DNA of 64,000 nucleotides from Escherichia coli (GTDB lineage Bacteria; Pseudomonadota; Gammaproteobacteria; Enterobacterales; Enterobacteriaceae): NCBI RefSeq assembly GCF_003334405.1, contig NZ_QOWM01000002.1; one strand, 5' to 3'. Shown piece by piece: positions 48,416 to 64,000 of this stretch (position 1 is its first letter; each line of letters starts with the position of its first letter). The notes under the pieces were generated by a model. It saw only the letters and a program-made list of their open reading frames with translations, ran no database searches and was not told where the DNA came from. The position numbers and the translations under genes were made by a program.

Positions 48416-49402
48416 TTACACTACGCCTGCACGCAGTAAATCATGCATATGTAACACACCGAGTAAATGGTCGCCATCGGCAACCATCACGGAGGTGATA
48501 TGGCGGGACTGCATTAAGTTCAGTGCCTCAACGGCCAGAATGCCAGGGCGCACACGTATTCCCCCCGGCGTCATCACATCGGCAATACTTAACTGACGAA
48601 CATCCACGCCCATATCGAAGACACGGCGTAAATCACCGTCGGTAAAGATGCCTTCAATCATCATATTGTCATCGCAAATGACAGTCATACCAAGATTTTT
48701 GCGGGTAACTTCCAGCAACGCGTCACGCAGACTGGCCGTTTTCTTAACATGCGGGATCTCATCGCCCGTATGCATAATATCGTTTACGCGCAGCAGAAGT
48801 TTACGACCCAGTGCGCCGCCTGGGTGTGAGAGCGCAAAATCTTCAGCAGTAAAGCCGCGTGCTTTTAACAGCGCGACAGCGAGGGCATCGCCCATAACCA
48901 GCGTGGCGGTGGTGCTGCTGGTCGGTGCCAGCCCTAACGGACAGGCTTCTTTCGCTACTTTAACACACAGATGCACATCTGCGGCGCGCGCCATGCTGCT
49001 CTCCGGGCGACCGGTGATGCAGATTAACGGTACGTGAAGACGCTTAAGCACTGGAATTAAGGCCGTGATTTCGCTGGATTCACCAGAGTTAGAGATAGCA
49101 ATCACCACATCCTGTGGGGTAACCATGCCTAAATCACCATGCGCGGCTTCACCAGGATGGACGAAAAATGAAGGTGTACCGGTGCTGGCAAACGTTGCCG
49201 CCATTTTTCGCCCAATATGCCCCGATTTTCCCATCCCCATGACGACAACTTTCCCTTTACACCAGAACATCTTTTCACAGGCAAGCGTGAAATTCTGATT
49301 GATGTATTGATCAAGCTCCGCCAGGCATTCACGTTCAATCGCCAGGACTTCTTTACCTGCTTGCTGAAAGTCAAAACCCGGTTGTAACTCTACGTGCGAC
49401 AT
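48416..49402 (-). CDS. kdsD: D-arabinose-5-phosphate isomerase
   Basis: 328 aa starting at MSHVELQPGFDFQQAGKEV, with SIS plus tandem CBS domains. Confidence 0.96.
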   Translation of the reverse strand: MSHVELQPGFDFQQAGKEVLAIERECLAELDQYINQNFTLACEKMFWCKGKVVVMGMGKSGHIGRKMAATFASTGTPSFFVHPGEAAHGDLGMVTPQDVVIAISNSGESSEITALIPVLKRLHVPLICITGRPESSMARAADVHLCVKVAKEACPLGLAPTSSTTATLVMGDALAVALLKARGFTAEDFALSHPGGALGRKLLLRVNDIMHTGDEIPHVKKTASLRDALLEVTRKNLGMTVICDDNMMIEGIFTDGDLRRVFDMGVDVRQLSIADVMTPGGIRVRPGILAVEALNLMQSRHITSVMVADGDHLLGVLHMHDLLRAGVV

Positions 49403-49415
49403 AATGCGTTTCCAG

Positions 49416-50393
49416 TTATTCAACGAGTATTGGCGATAACCAGTACAACATCGCCAGCCATACGATAAATCCGCCAGTTAATAATACCCCTACACCACGG
49501 CCCGGTTGCGGGGAGCGCCGCCAGCACAGCAACGCAAAAATAATGCTCACCAGCAACATCACGCTGTAGTCACGACTGTACGCCAGTGGATCAATCTCTC
49601 CTGGCGTTATCAGCGCGGGTAAACCCAACACGATGACAATATTAAAAATGTTTGCGCCAATGATATTTCCGACAGCAATGTCGTTTTCACCTTTGCGAAC
49701 CCCCGCTATTGCGGTTGCCAGTTCCGGCAGGCTGGTTCCGATAGCAATTGCCGTCAGACCCATCGTCAACTCGCTGATGGCAAAGTAATTCGCCAGCACC
49801 GTGGCGTTATCAACCACCATCCGCGTGGCCACTGGCATGATGATAAGCGCAATGCCGAGCCATAAAAACGCGACGGGCAATCCGCCGTCACGCGGCAGCT
49901 CTGCAAGCTGCTCTCTGGTCAGGCTGTCAGTCCCCTGACGTTCAGCCTGACGTGCAAGTTTAACAATGAACAGCAGCCATAGCACAGCCAGAAAGAGGAG
50001 AAAGATACCATCGCTGCGACTAAGTTGTCCGTCATAGAGTACGGAACCGGCCACCACGCTGACCAACAACATTAAGGGTAATTCACGGCGTAGAACATCA
50101 GAATGGACGGTAAAAGGACGAACCAGCGCAGCCAGACCGAGGATCAGCAATATATTGATAATGTTTGAGCCGAGGGCTGTACCAACGGCTAAATCGCGTT
50201 GTTCGTGCAGAGACGCGGCAAGCGAGACGATGACTTCTGGTAACGATGTACCAATACTGACCACCGTCATGCCGATGATCAGCGGCGGGATGCCAAAGGT
50301 TCGGCAAAGAATAGACGCGGCAAAAACCAGGCGGTCGGCACTGTAAACGACCAAAAGTAAACCAACAATTAACAGTGCCGTAGCTAAAAGCAT
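49416..50393 (-). CDS. yrbG: CaCA-family (Na+/Ca2+ exchanger-like) inner membrane protein YrbG
   Basis: 325 aa polytopic protein with duplicated GTSLPE alpha-repeat motifs. Confidence 0.92.
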   Translation of the reverse strand: MLLATALLIVGLLLVVYSADRLVFAASILCRTFGIPPLIIGMTVVSIGTSLPEVIVSLAASLHEQRDLAVGTALGSNIINILLILGLAALVRPFTVHSDVLRRELPLMLLVSVVAGSVLYDGQLSRSDGIFLLFLAVLWLLFIVKLARQAERQGTDSLTREQLAELPRDGGLPVAFLWLGIALIIMPVATRMVVDNATVLANYFAISELTMGLTAIAIGTSLPELATAIAGVRKGENDIAVGNIIGANIFNIVIVLGLPALITPGEIDPLAYSRDYSVMLLVSIIFALLCWRRSPQPGRGVGVLLTGGFIVWLAMLYWLSPILVE

Positions 50394-50602
50394 CTAACGT
50401 CCTTTCTTCAGGTATACTCGCCGGTCCGCTGAAGATTTTCAGAAAGCCGTAACGGATGCTTAATTTTGACTTTATGCGGCTAAAAAGTAAAACAAATGCC
50501 AGCTTTCGCTAACCACGGCGGGTAATATTCTGTAAATATGTTGGGTTCAAGGTTAAATTGAGCGCCATGCTTAGAAAATCAACGCAAGACGAAGGGTGAA
50601 TT

Positions 50603-52202
<1,600 letters not shown>

Positions 52203-52206
52203 GTTC

Positions 52207-52758
52207 ATGCAAACGAAAAAAAATGAAATTTGGGTGGGTATCTTTTTATTAGCAGCACTGCTGGCGGCGCTGTTTGTTTGCCTGAAGGCGGCGAACGTGA
52301 CGTCCATACGTACTGAACCGACCTACACGCTTTATGCGACGTTCGATAACATTGGCGGCCTGAAAGCGCGCTCTCCGGTCAGTATTGGTGGCGTTGTTGT
52401 GGGTCGGGTGGCGGATATTACGCTGGACCCGAAAACCTATCTGCCGCGCGTAACGCTGGAAATTGAACAACGTTATAACCACATTCCAGATACCAGTTCG
52501 CTGAGCATTCGTACTTCCGGCCTGCTGGGGGAACAATATCTGGCATTAAACGTCGGTTTTGAAGACCCGGAACTGGGGACTGCTATCCTGAAGGATGGCG
52601 ATACAATTCAGGACACTAAGTCTGCGATGGTGCTGGAAGATCTCATTGGTCAGTTCCTTTACGGTAGTAAAGGCGATGACAATAAGAATAGTGGCGATGC
52701 GCCAGCTGCTGCGCCAGGTAATAATGAAACCACTGAACCTGTGGGTACAACGAAATAA
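52207..52758 (+). CDS. mlaD: MCE-domain phospholipid-binding protein MlaD
   Basis: 183 aa starting at MQTKKNEIWVGIFLLAALLAAL. Confidence 0.95.
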   Translation: MQTKKNEIWVGIFLLAALLAALFVCLKAANVTSIRTEPTYTLYATFDNIGGLKARSPVSIGGVVVGRVADITLDPKTYLPRVTLEIEQRYNHIPDTSSLSIRTSGLLGEQYLALNVGFEDPELGTAILKDGDTIQDTKSAMVLEDLIGQFLYGSKGDDNKNSGDAPAAAPGNNETTEPVGTTK

Positions 52759-53411
<653 letters not shown>

Positions 53412-53412
<1 letters not shown>

Positions 53413-53705
53413 TGAGCGAGTCACTGAGCTGGATGCAGACGGGTGACACGCTGGCGTTATCCGGAGAGCTGGATCAGGACGTTTTGCTACCGCTTTGGGA
53501 AATGCGTGAGGAAGCGGTGAAGGGGATTACCTGCATCGATCTTAGCCGTGTCTCCCGCGTGGATACGGGGGGACTGGCACTGCTGCTCCATCTTATCGAT
53601 CTGGCGAAAAAGCAGGGCAACAATGTGACGCTTCAGGGGGTAAACGACAAAGTGTATACCCTGGCGAAATTGTATAATTTGCCTGCTGATGTTCTGCCTC
53701 GTTAA
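53412..53705 (+). CDS. mlaB: STAS-domain protein MlaB
   Basis: 97 aa starting at MSESLSWMQTGDTLALSGEL. There is a TAATG overlap with mlaC. Confidence 0.93.
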
Positions 53706-53864
53706 ATTTTTTCAGGCCGGATATGGCGTTAACCGCCTGTCCGGCAAACCTGCCTGCAAGTCGAGCCTTGTCTGATTTATCAGCGAGGCTTTTTGCTTAT
53801 TTATGCCAGCGCAACTTTGCTCTAAGATGTTTCGCTGGTTTATTAACTGATGATTGAAGATCCC

Positions 53865-54119
53865 ATGGAAAATAATGAAATTCAGAGCGTGTTGATGAAC
53901 GCTCTCTCCCTCCAGGAAGTCCACGTTTCCGGCGATGGCAGCCACTTTCAGGTTATTGCCGTGGGTGAGTTGTTTGACGGCATGAGTCGGGTTAAAAAAC
54001 AGCAGACGGTCTATGGTCCGCTGATGGAATATATTGCGGATAACCGCATTCATGCTGTGTCGATCAAAGCGTATACCCCTGCGGAGTGGGCGCGCGATCG
54101 CAAACTGAACGGCTTTTGA
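53865..54119 (+). CDS. ibaG: BolA-family acid-stress protein IbaG (YrbA)
   Basis: 84 aa starting at [28 protein letters not shown]. Confidence 0.92.
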
Positions 54120-54173
54120 GCTATGGGCGATTCGCCGGTAGCGGATATGAATTGTTAACTGAGAACAAACTAA

Positions 54174-55433
<1,260 letters not shown>

Positions 55434-55480
55434 TCGTCTGAGAGCTGGCAGCCCCGTTCGCGGGGCTACCGCCAGACCAC

Positions 55481-55759
55481 TCATTTTTTCGGTTTAGTGT
55501 AGCTACGCATCAACTGCGTTCTGTCGATAAACTCATGGGTCTGCGGATCATGGTAGCGTGATGGCCAGATAACCCAGGGGTCAGTTCCCAGGGCTTTCGC
55601 AATAATCATCTCTCCTTTCGGCCATGGGCGCGATAATGCATTCGCCAGCGTTGAGGAACTCAAACCATTTCTGCGAGATTCCGCCGCCATTGACGTTCCC
55701 TTCTTGCGCAAACCCGCAATGATGTCAGCGGGATGCCAGTCAATGAAATTACTTTCCAT
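55481..55759 (-). CDS. sfsB: Ner-like DNA-binding regulator SfsB (Nlp)
   Basis: 92 aa, MESNFIDWHPADIIAGLRKKGTSMAAESRRNGL... Confidence 0.93.
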   Translation of the reverse strand: MESNFIDWHPADIIAGLRKKGTSMAAESRRNGLSSSTLANALSRPWPKGEMIIAKALGTDPWVIWPSRYHDPQTHEFIDRTQLMRSYTKPKK

Positions 55760-55986
55760 TTTTCCTCACTCCTTAAGTTAGTCGCTTTCATTCAGAACAC
55801 TTCTTCTGTCGAGCATCACTATACTCCTGATGGCCTATTGCTCTAAAAAGTTCCTGTAAAGAGTGTGAATATTCAGAATATATAAAGATGCACATCCCTA
55901 TTTTTCAGGTGTTATAGAGCTGAATAAGTGTTTTTATGGAACTTACTGGAACCATCCCGCGCGCTGCGCGGGATGAGGGGAGGGGA

Positions 55987-56958
55987 TTAACGATCGCGTT
56001 GAACAGCGATGTGCGCGAGGCCGATGAGTGCTTCTCGCCAAGGGGTGTCCGGGAGCACCTGTAACGCTGCGATGGCTTTGTCTGCTTCTTCCTCGGCACG
56101 CTGACGCGTCCATTCAAGAGATCCACAAGCGTTCATTGCTTCCAGAACCGGTTCCAGAAGATGGCGACCGTTACCCTGTTCGATGGCGGTACGGATCATC
56201 TGTGCCTGTTCTGGTGTGCCATGATGCATCGCATGCAGCAGCGGCAGCGTCGGTTTACCTTCGTTCAGATCGTCGCCGACATTTTTACCTAACTGTTCGC
56301 CATCGGCATTGTAATCGAGTAAATCGTCGATCAACTGGAAAGCAGTGCCGAGATAGCGCCCATAATCCTGCAGGCCTTTCTCCTCCTCCGGCGTACAGCC
56401 AGCCAGAATCCCGGAACACTGCGCGGCAGCCTCAAACAGACGCGCGGTTTTGCTATAGATAACGCGCATGTAGTTTTCTTCAGTGATGTCCGGATCGTTA
56501 ACGTTCATCAGTTGCAGAACTTCACCTTCTGCGATGACGTTTACGGCTTCTGACATGACTTCCAGCACTTTGAGCGAACCGAGGCTGGTCATCATCTGGA
56601 AAGCGCGGGTATAAATAAAATCGCCTACCAGCACGCTGGCGGCATTGCCAAATGCGGCGTTGGCGGTAGCTTTACCCCTGCGCATATCTGATTCATCCAC
56701 AACGTCGTCGTGTAGCAGAGTCGCCGTGTGGATAAACTCGATCAGGGCAGCAATGGTGACATGCGCATTTCCCTCATAGCCAACAGCTCGTGCAGCCAGT
56801 ACAGCAATCATCGGACGAATACGTTTACCGCCGCCGCTGACGATGTAATAGCCTAACTGATTGATCAGTTGGACGTCGGAATTAAGCTGCTCAAGGATTG
56901 CCGCATTAACACCCGCCATATCTTGCGCGGTTAACTCATTGATTTTTTCTAAATTCAT
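55987..56958 (-). CDS. ispB: Octaprenyl diphosphate synthase
   Basis: 323 aa with DDxxD motifs (LLHDDVVDES, LIDDLLD). Confidence 0.97.
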   Translation of the reverse strand: MNLEKINELTAQDMAGVNAAILEQLNSDVQLINQLGYYIVSGGGKRIRPMIAVLAARAVGYEGNAHVTIAALIEFIHTATLLHDDVVDESDMRRGKATANAAFGNAASVLVGDFIYTRAFQMMTSLGSLKVLEVMSEAVNVIAEGEVLQLMNVNDPDITEENYMRVIYSKTARLFEAAAQCSGILAGCTPEEEKGLQDYGRYLGTAFQLIDDLLDYNADGEQLGKNVGDDLNEGKPTLPLLHAMHHGTPEQAQMIRTAIEQGNGRHLLEPVLEAMNACGSLEWTRQRAEEEADKAIAALQVLPDTPWREALIGLAHIAVQRDR

Positions 56959-57115
56959 CGCAAAAGCCGGGCTTTTCGCCCCGATTACCTTACTGTGAAC
57001 AAAGGCAACTTAGGGTTTATGGTTAGGAATATAGGGTGATTGTACTGAAAAAATGGCACAGATAAACGTTACCGTACAAGTTGTGTTTTTTTTCTTCGTG
57101 TATTGACTGTAGCAC

Positions 57116-57144
57116 TTGTCAAAGGCGTGCGTTTTGCGTAATAT
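57116..57144 (+). promoter_or_regulatory. Candidate sigma-70 promoter of rplU-rpmA
   Basis: TTGTCA, a 17 nt spacer, then TAATAT, followed by a GC-rich discriminator (tcgcgcc). It lies about 70 nt upstream of rplU. This is a motif reading only. Confidence 0.4.
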
Positions 57145-57180
57145 TCGCGCCCTATTGTGAATATTTATAGCGCACTCTGA

Positions 57181-57806
<626 letters not shown>

Positions 57807-57831
57807 GTTTTTCGCGTCCCGGTAACGGATG

Positions 57832-57860
57832 AAAGCCCCGCAACACGTTGCGGGGCTTTT
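57832..57860 (+). terminator. Rho-independent terminator/attenuator after rpmA
   Basis: aaagccccgcaac-acg-ttgcggggcttttt. Confidence 0.85.
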
Positions 57861-57932
57861 TACATTCGATAACCGGTAAAAATGCGCATGGTGCGACGTT
57901 AATCCGCAAATGCGCTTTGCAGGGAATACGGT

Positions 57933-58898
57933 ATGAAGCAGCAGGCAGGCATTGGCATTCTTTTGGCGCTCACCACAGCAATTTGCTGGGGGGCGTTGCC
58001 AATCGCAATGAAGCAGGTGCTGGAGGTGATGGAACCTCCGACAATCGTGTTTTACCGTTTCTTGATGGCGAGTATTGGCCTGGGTGCCATTCTTGCGGTG
58101 AAGAAGAGGTTGCCGCCATTACGCGTGTTTCGTAAGCCACGCTGGTTGATTTTGTTGGCAGTGGCGACCGCCGGGCTGTTTGGGAACTTCATCCTGTTCA
58201 GCTCATCCTTGCAATACCTGAGTCCGACCGCTTCGCAGGTGATTGGGCAACTCTCGCCAGTTGGCATGATGGTTGCCAGCGTATTTATCCTCAAAGAGAA
58301 AATGCGCAGCACTCAGGTTGTAGGGGCATTGATGCTCCTGAGCGGCCTGGTGATGTTTTTTAACACCAGTCTGGTCGAGATATTTACAAAGCTCACCGAT
58401 TACACCTGGGGAGTTATCTTTGGGGTCGGTGCGGCGACGGTTTGGGTGAGTTATGGCGTGGCGCAAAAGGTTTTATTGCGTCGGCTGGCCTCACCGCAGA
58501 TCCTGTTTTTACTGTACACTTTATGTACAATTGCGCTCTTCCCTCTGGCAAAGCCTGGAGTGATAGCGCAGCTTAGCCACTGGCAGCTCGCATGTTTAAT
58601 TTTTTGCGGACTGAATACCTTGGTAGGATATGGCGCCCTGGCGGAAGCGATGGCTCGCTGGCAGGCAGCGCAGGTGAGCGCGATCATCACGCTCACCCCA
58701 CTGTTTACGCTGTTTTTTTCAGATCTTTTATCACTGGCCTGGCCCGATTTCTTCGCCAGACCGATGTTAAACCTTTTAGGTTATCTCGGTGCGTTTGTCG
58801 TGGTTGCGGGCGCGATGTATTCCGCCATTGGTCATCGTATTTGGGGCGGATTACGTAAGCATACAACGGTGGTATCGCAACCCCGCGCAGGCGAATGA
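57933..58898 (+). CDS. yhbE: EamA/DMT-family inner membrane transporter YhbE
   Basis: 321 aa polytopic protein. Confidence 0.9.
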   Translation: MKQQAGIGILLALTTAICWGALPIAMKQVLEVMEPPTIVFYRFLMASIGLGAILAVKKRLPPLRVFRKPRWLILLAVATAGLFGNFILFSSSLQYLSPTASQVIGQLSPVGMMVASVFILKEKMRSTQVVGALMLLSGLVMFFNTSLVEIFTKLTDYTWGVIFGVGAATVWVSYGVAQKVLLRRLASPQILFLLYTLCTIALFPLAKPGVIAQLSHWQLACLIFCGLNTLVGYGALAEAMARWQAAQVSAIITLTPLFTLFFSDLLSLAWPDFFARPMLNLLGYLGAFVVVAGAMYSAIGHRIWGGLRKHTTVVSQPRAGE

Positions 58899-60086
<1,188 letters not shown>

Positions 60087-60110
60087 TCACTGATGATAAA
60101 CGCCAAATCA

Positions 60111-60210
<100 letters not shown>

Positions 60211-60237
60211 AAACAAAGCGCACTTTGTCAATAATCT

Positions 60238-60269
60238 GAAGCCCCGGCCATGTGCCGGGGTTTCTTTTT
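60238..60269 (+). terminator. Rho-independent terminator downstream of obgE
   Basis: gccccggc-catgt-gccggggtttcttttt. Confidence 0.8.
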
Positions 60270-60271
60270 GA

Positions 60272-61705
60272 CTAATTGTTCTGATAAATATCTTTATACA
60301 AACGGCTTTCAAAACGCACTAACGGAATACGGCGATTACGCTGATCCGCAGGTTCTACTGCATAGCCAGAAAGATATTGCACAAACGCCATTCGTTGCCC
60401 GCTCGCTGTGGTAATGAATCCCGCCAGGTTATATACCCCCTGCAACGAACCGGTTTTCGCTGAGACTTTTCCATCCACGCCCGCCTGATGCAGACCTGCA
60501 CGGTACTGCAAAGAGCCGTCATAGCCCGCCAGCGGCAGCATGGAGATAAAGTTAAGTTCATTGTCGTGTTGGGCAATGTATTGCAGCACCTGCATCATGG
60601 TGGCGGGGGCAATCAGGTTATGCCGCGAAAGCCCTGAACCATCGGCAATAATGGTGTTTCCAATATCGACACCGGCTTGCTGGCGCAGGATCTGACGCAC
60701 GGCGTCCGACCCGGCCCGCCATGTTCCAGGCACATTGAAGCGCGCATGGCCTATCATGCGGAAAACCGTATCGGCGATCATGTTGTCCGACTTTTTCAGC
60801 ATAATCTTAAGCAGATCGTGCAGCGGGGCCGACTGTTTACTGGCAACTACCGTTCCAGGTTCGTTAACCTGAGTCTGGCGCAGCAGTGTTCCGCTCCAGG
60901 TGATACCCGCCTGTTTTAACTCATCTTTCAGAATTGCACCGGCATAGCTGGCTCCATCCTGCACGGCAAAAGCCAACGGGAGCGGCTCAGAACGTTGTGG
61001 CAGGCATCCCGTCAGCGTAAAGCGGTTCAGGTCGCCTGGCACCACATCCAGTTCGCAGTATTGCGCTTCGGCAGAACCACGGGGGAGGGTGCGTACCTGG
61101 CTGAACATCGTAACGGGGTAATAAGATGCCACGCGTATAAAAGCCATATCACCAGGCTTTGGGGCACTGTAGAGCGAGACGGAGAAACAGTTGCGGTCAA
61201 CTATGGCGGCGGCAGGCGGAGCGCTAAAGCATTGTGTCATGTCATTCCATGGCCAGCCGGGGGCTTTATCGTGGCTGGCGAAAATGGAGGTATCTATCAA
61301 CACATTGCCATCGATTTGGTTGACGCCAGATTTTTTCAAAGTCGCGACCATATTGCGAATATCCTGACGTTTTAACGTCGGATCGGCACCAAATCGCGCC
61401 ACTAAGTCACCCTTAAGTACGCCGTTTTCCACATTGCCTTTGGTTTCAAGCGTCGTGGTAAAACGAAAATCGGGGCCGAGTTGAATCAACGCCGCCAGCG
61501 CAGTAATCACTTTCTGGGTACTGGCAGGCAGCGCCATCTGCTGACTGTGGTAATCAATAGCGGGGGCCGACGCGCCGACTTTTTGCACCATCAGGGCAAG
61601 GTTGGCACCAGCGGGGAGTTGAGTAATGTACTCATCAACATTTGCGGCCTGAACACTGAACGCTATACAGCTGGTCAATCCGATGATAAATCTGGAAAAT
61701 CGCAT
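60272..61705 (-). CDS. dacB: D-alanyl-D-alanine carboxypeptidase/endopeptidase PBP4
   Basis: 477 aa with a signal peptide and the active-site motif STQK. Confidence 0.97.
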   Translation of the reverse strand: MRFSRFIIGLTSCIAFSVQAANVDEYITQLPAGANLALMVQKVGASAPAIDYHSQQMALPASTQKVITALAALIQLGPDFRFTTTLETKGNVENGVLKGDLVARFGADPTLKRQDIRNMVATLKKSGVNQIDGNVLIDTSIFASHDKAPGWPWNDMTQCFSAPPAAAIVDRNCFSVSLYSAPKPGDMAFIRVASYYPVTMFSQVRTLPRGSAEAQYCELDVVPGDLNRFTLTGCLPQRSEPLPLAFAVQDGASYAGAILKDELKQAGITWSGTLLRQTQVNEPGTVVASKQSAPLHDLLKIMLKKSDNMIADTVFRMIGHARFNVPGTWRAGSDAVRQILRQQAGVDIGNTIIADGSGLSRHNLIAPATMMQVLQYIAQHDNELNFISMLPLAGYDGSLQYRAGLHQAGVDGKVSAKTGSLQGVYNLAGFITTASGQRMAFVQYLSGYAVEPADQRNRRIPLVRFESRLYKDIYQNN

Positions 61706-61824
61706 AATCTCGCGCTAACAACCTGGAATCGAGCCGTCATACTACGGCGCAACGCCCTATAAAGTAAACGATGACCCTTCGGGAACTTCAGGGTAAAATG
61801 ACTATCAAAATGTGAATTGTAGCT

Positions 61825-61858
61825 GACCTGGGACTTGTACCCGGGTCGGTATTTTTTT
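61825..61858 (+). terminator. Intrinsic terminator in the greA leader (attenuator generating GraL short transcripts)
   Basis: gacctggg-acttgta-cccgggtc followed by ggtattttttt, about 95 nt upstream of the greA ATG. This is consistent with the published greA leader terminator. Confidence 0.65.
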
Positions 61859-61952
61859 GCTTCTGGTCCCGGTAAGGAGTTATGCCGGGCAGGCCGAACA
61901 GCCGGGGTGGGTGAAGACTTGCCCTATCAGGAATATTCAAGAGGTATAACAA

Positions 61953-62429
<477 letters not shown>

Positions 62430-62472
62430 GAATTACCCAATACTCAAGATGTTGATGTATTGTAAAGAAAGG

Positions 62473-62498
62473 AAAAAGGCCGCTATGCGGCCTTTTAT
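62473..62498. terminator. Bidirectional terminator between greA and yhbY
   Basis: aaaaaggccgc-tat-gcggccttttat. Confidence 0.85.
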
Positions 62499-62584
62499 CA
62501 ACGAACAGAGCGTGGCATTTTGCTCTCCTGCCTGCGGAAAACCCCTCGTTTTACACAGCAAATGTGTGTAACTTTAGGATAATC

Positions 62585-62878
62585 TTAGCGTGGCAGCGAG
62601 ATTTTACGTTCTTTAGTTGGGCGATAAAGCACCAGCGTTTTACCGATGACCTGTACATTACAGGCGCCGGTTTCGCGCACGATAGCTTCCACGATCAAGG
62701 TTTTAGTTTCGCGATCTTCGGTGGCGATTTTCACCTTGATGAGTTCATGGTGCTCTAACGCTTGTTCAATCTCGGCCAGCACCCCTTCGGTCAAACCATT
62801 ACTGCCAAGCAGAACAACTGGCTTGAGCGGATGTGCCAGACCTTTCAGGTGCTGTTTTTGTTTAGTACTCAGATTCAT
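62585..62878 (-). CDS. yhbY: CRM-domain RNA-binding protein YhbY
   Basis: 97 aa, MNLSTKQKQHLKGLAHPLKPVVLLGSNGLT... Confidence 0.95.
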   Translation of the reverse strand: MNLSTKQKQHLKGLAHPLKPVVLLGSNGLTEGVLAEIEQALEHHELIKVKIATEDRETKTLIVEAIVRETGACNVQVIGKTLVLYRPTKERKISLPR

Positions 62879-63003
62879 CGTATTTTTTGCTTACGTTGGG
62901 ATTGAAAACGGGTCATTCTACCGCCATCTCCCATATATCACCAAATAGGCGCGTAAAAATTTACGCAATTGGTTACGATGAGTTATCCCCATGGGAAAGT
63001 TAA

Positions 63004-63633
63004 ATGACAGGTAAGAAGCGTTCTGCCAGCTCCAGCCGCTGGCTTCAGGAACACTTTAGCGATAAATATGTTCAACAGGCACAGAAAAAGGGGTTACGTT
63101 CCCGTGCCTGGTTTAAACTTGATGAAATACAGCAAAGTGACAAACTCTTTAAACCGGGAATGACGGTTGTCGACCTTGGTGCTGCTCCGGGTGGTTGGTC
63201 ACAATATGTGGTCACCCAAATTGGCGGCAAAGGCCGCATCATCGCTTGCGATCTTTTACCTATGGATCCTATCGTTGGTGTGGACTTTCTTCAGGGCGAT
63301 TTTCGTGATGAACTGGTGATGAAAGCACTGCTGGAGCGCGTTGGCGACAGCAAAGTCCAGGTTGTCATGTCCGATATGGCACCAAACATGAGCGGAACAC
63401 CGGCGGTGGATATCCCCCGTGCCATGTATCTGGTGGAACTGGCGCTAGAAATGTGTCGTGATGTATTAGCGCCAGGTGGCAGTTTTGTAGTGAAGGTGTT
63501 CCAGGGCGAAGGTTTCGATGAGTATCTAAGGGAAATTCGCTCCCTGTTTACGAAGGTCAAAGTTCGTAAGCCGGACTCTTCTCGTGCACGTTCGCGGGAA
63601 GTGTATATTGTAGCGACCGGGCGTAAACCCTAA
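63004..63633 (+). CDS. rlmE: 23S rRNA U2552 2'-O-methyltransferase RlmE (FtsJ)
   Basis: 209 aa with the SAM-binding motif [11 protein letters not shown]. Confidence 0.97.
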
Positions 63634-63732
63634 CCGGGAGATTTCAGACGAAAGTTTGAAAGATGCTGGATATAGAGTATCCTGACGCTGTTTTTAACAC
63701 AGTTGTAATAAGAGGTTAATCCCTTGAGTGAC

Positions 63733-64000
63733 ATGGCGAAAAACCTAATACTCTGGCTGGTCATTGCCGTTGTGCTGATGTCAGTATTCCAGAGCTTTGG
63801 GCCCAGCGAGTCTAATGGCCGTAAGGTGGATTACTCTACCTTCCTACAAGAGGTCAATAACGACCAGGTTCGTGAAGCGCGTATCAACGGACGTGAAATC
63901 AACGTTACCAAGAAAGATAGTAACCGTTATACCACTTACATTCCGGTTCAGGATCCGAAATTACTGGATAACCTGTTGACCAAGAACGTCAAGGTTGTCG
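63733..64000 (+). CDS. ftsH: AAA+ zinc metalloprotease FtsH, 3'-truncated by the window edge
   Basis: Hand translation from ATG 63733 gives [46 protein letters not shown]..., open to the window end. It is missing from the ORF track because there is no stop. An alternative TTG start lies at 63724. Confidence 0.93.

Noticed and set aside
55449-55466. Hairpin agccccg-ttcg-cggggct after murA, and a similar hairpin atcccgcgc-gct-gcgcgggat at 55954-55974 after ispB.
   Set aside because: Both have GC-rich stems but no adjacent T-run on either strand, so I did not call them intrinsic terminators. They may still be Rho-dependent or stabilising structures.

Overview
This window is Escherichia coli core chromosome, the tldD-to-ftsH segment, about 3.33-3.39 Mb in K-12 coordinates and in reversed orientation. 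I recognised nearly every gene by recalling the protein sequences; no database search was possible. In order the window carries: tldD (partial), aaeR/aaeXAB, yhcO, yhcN, argR, mdh, degS, degQ, zapG, zapE, rplM-rpsI, sspAB, dcuD, nanR, nanATEK-yhcH(nanQ), yhcG, the cryptic chaperone-usher cluster gltF-yhcA-yhcD-yhcE-yhcF, gltBD, yhcC, arcB plus the ArcZ sRNA, elbB-mtgA, yrbL, the yrbG-kdsDC-lptCAB-rpoN-hpf-ptsN-rapZ-npr cluster, mlaFEDCB-ibaG-murA, sfsB, ispB, rplU-rpmA-yhbE-obgE, dacB, greA, yhbY, rlmE and the start of ftsH. I found no tRNA, rRNA, CRISPR array, IS element or prophage. The strain is not K-12 MG1655, because yhcE is uninterrupted here, whereas MG1655 carries IS5 in it (from memory). 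I see no convincing wholly new multi-gene system. The only accessory-like stretch is the roughly 7 kb yhcG/fimbrial block at 22.9-30.0 kb, and it holds the three observations most worth a second look. First, a family of five 25-33 bp palindromes (core AATTC..CAGAC-nnn-GTCTG..GAATT): three form an in-frame 3 x 39 bp tandem repeat inside the nuclease-like gene yhcG, and two solo copies bracket the whole block. Second, the usher gene yhcD is out of frame with its own SD+ATG across an A7 tract that is also a textbook -1 slippery heptamer. Third, the fimbrial cluster is otherwise intact behind a 560 bp very AT-rich spacer. All other findings are known biology or low-interest.
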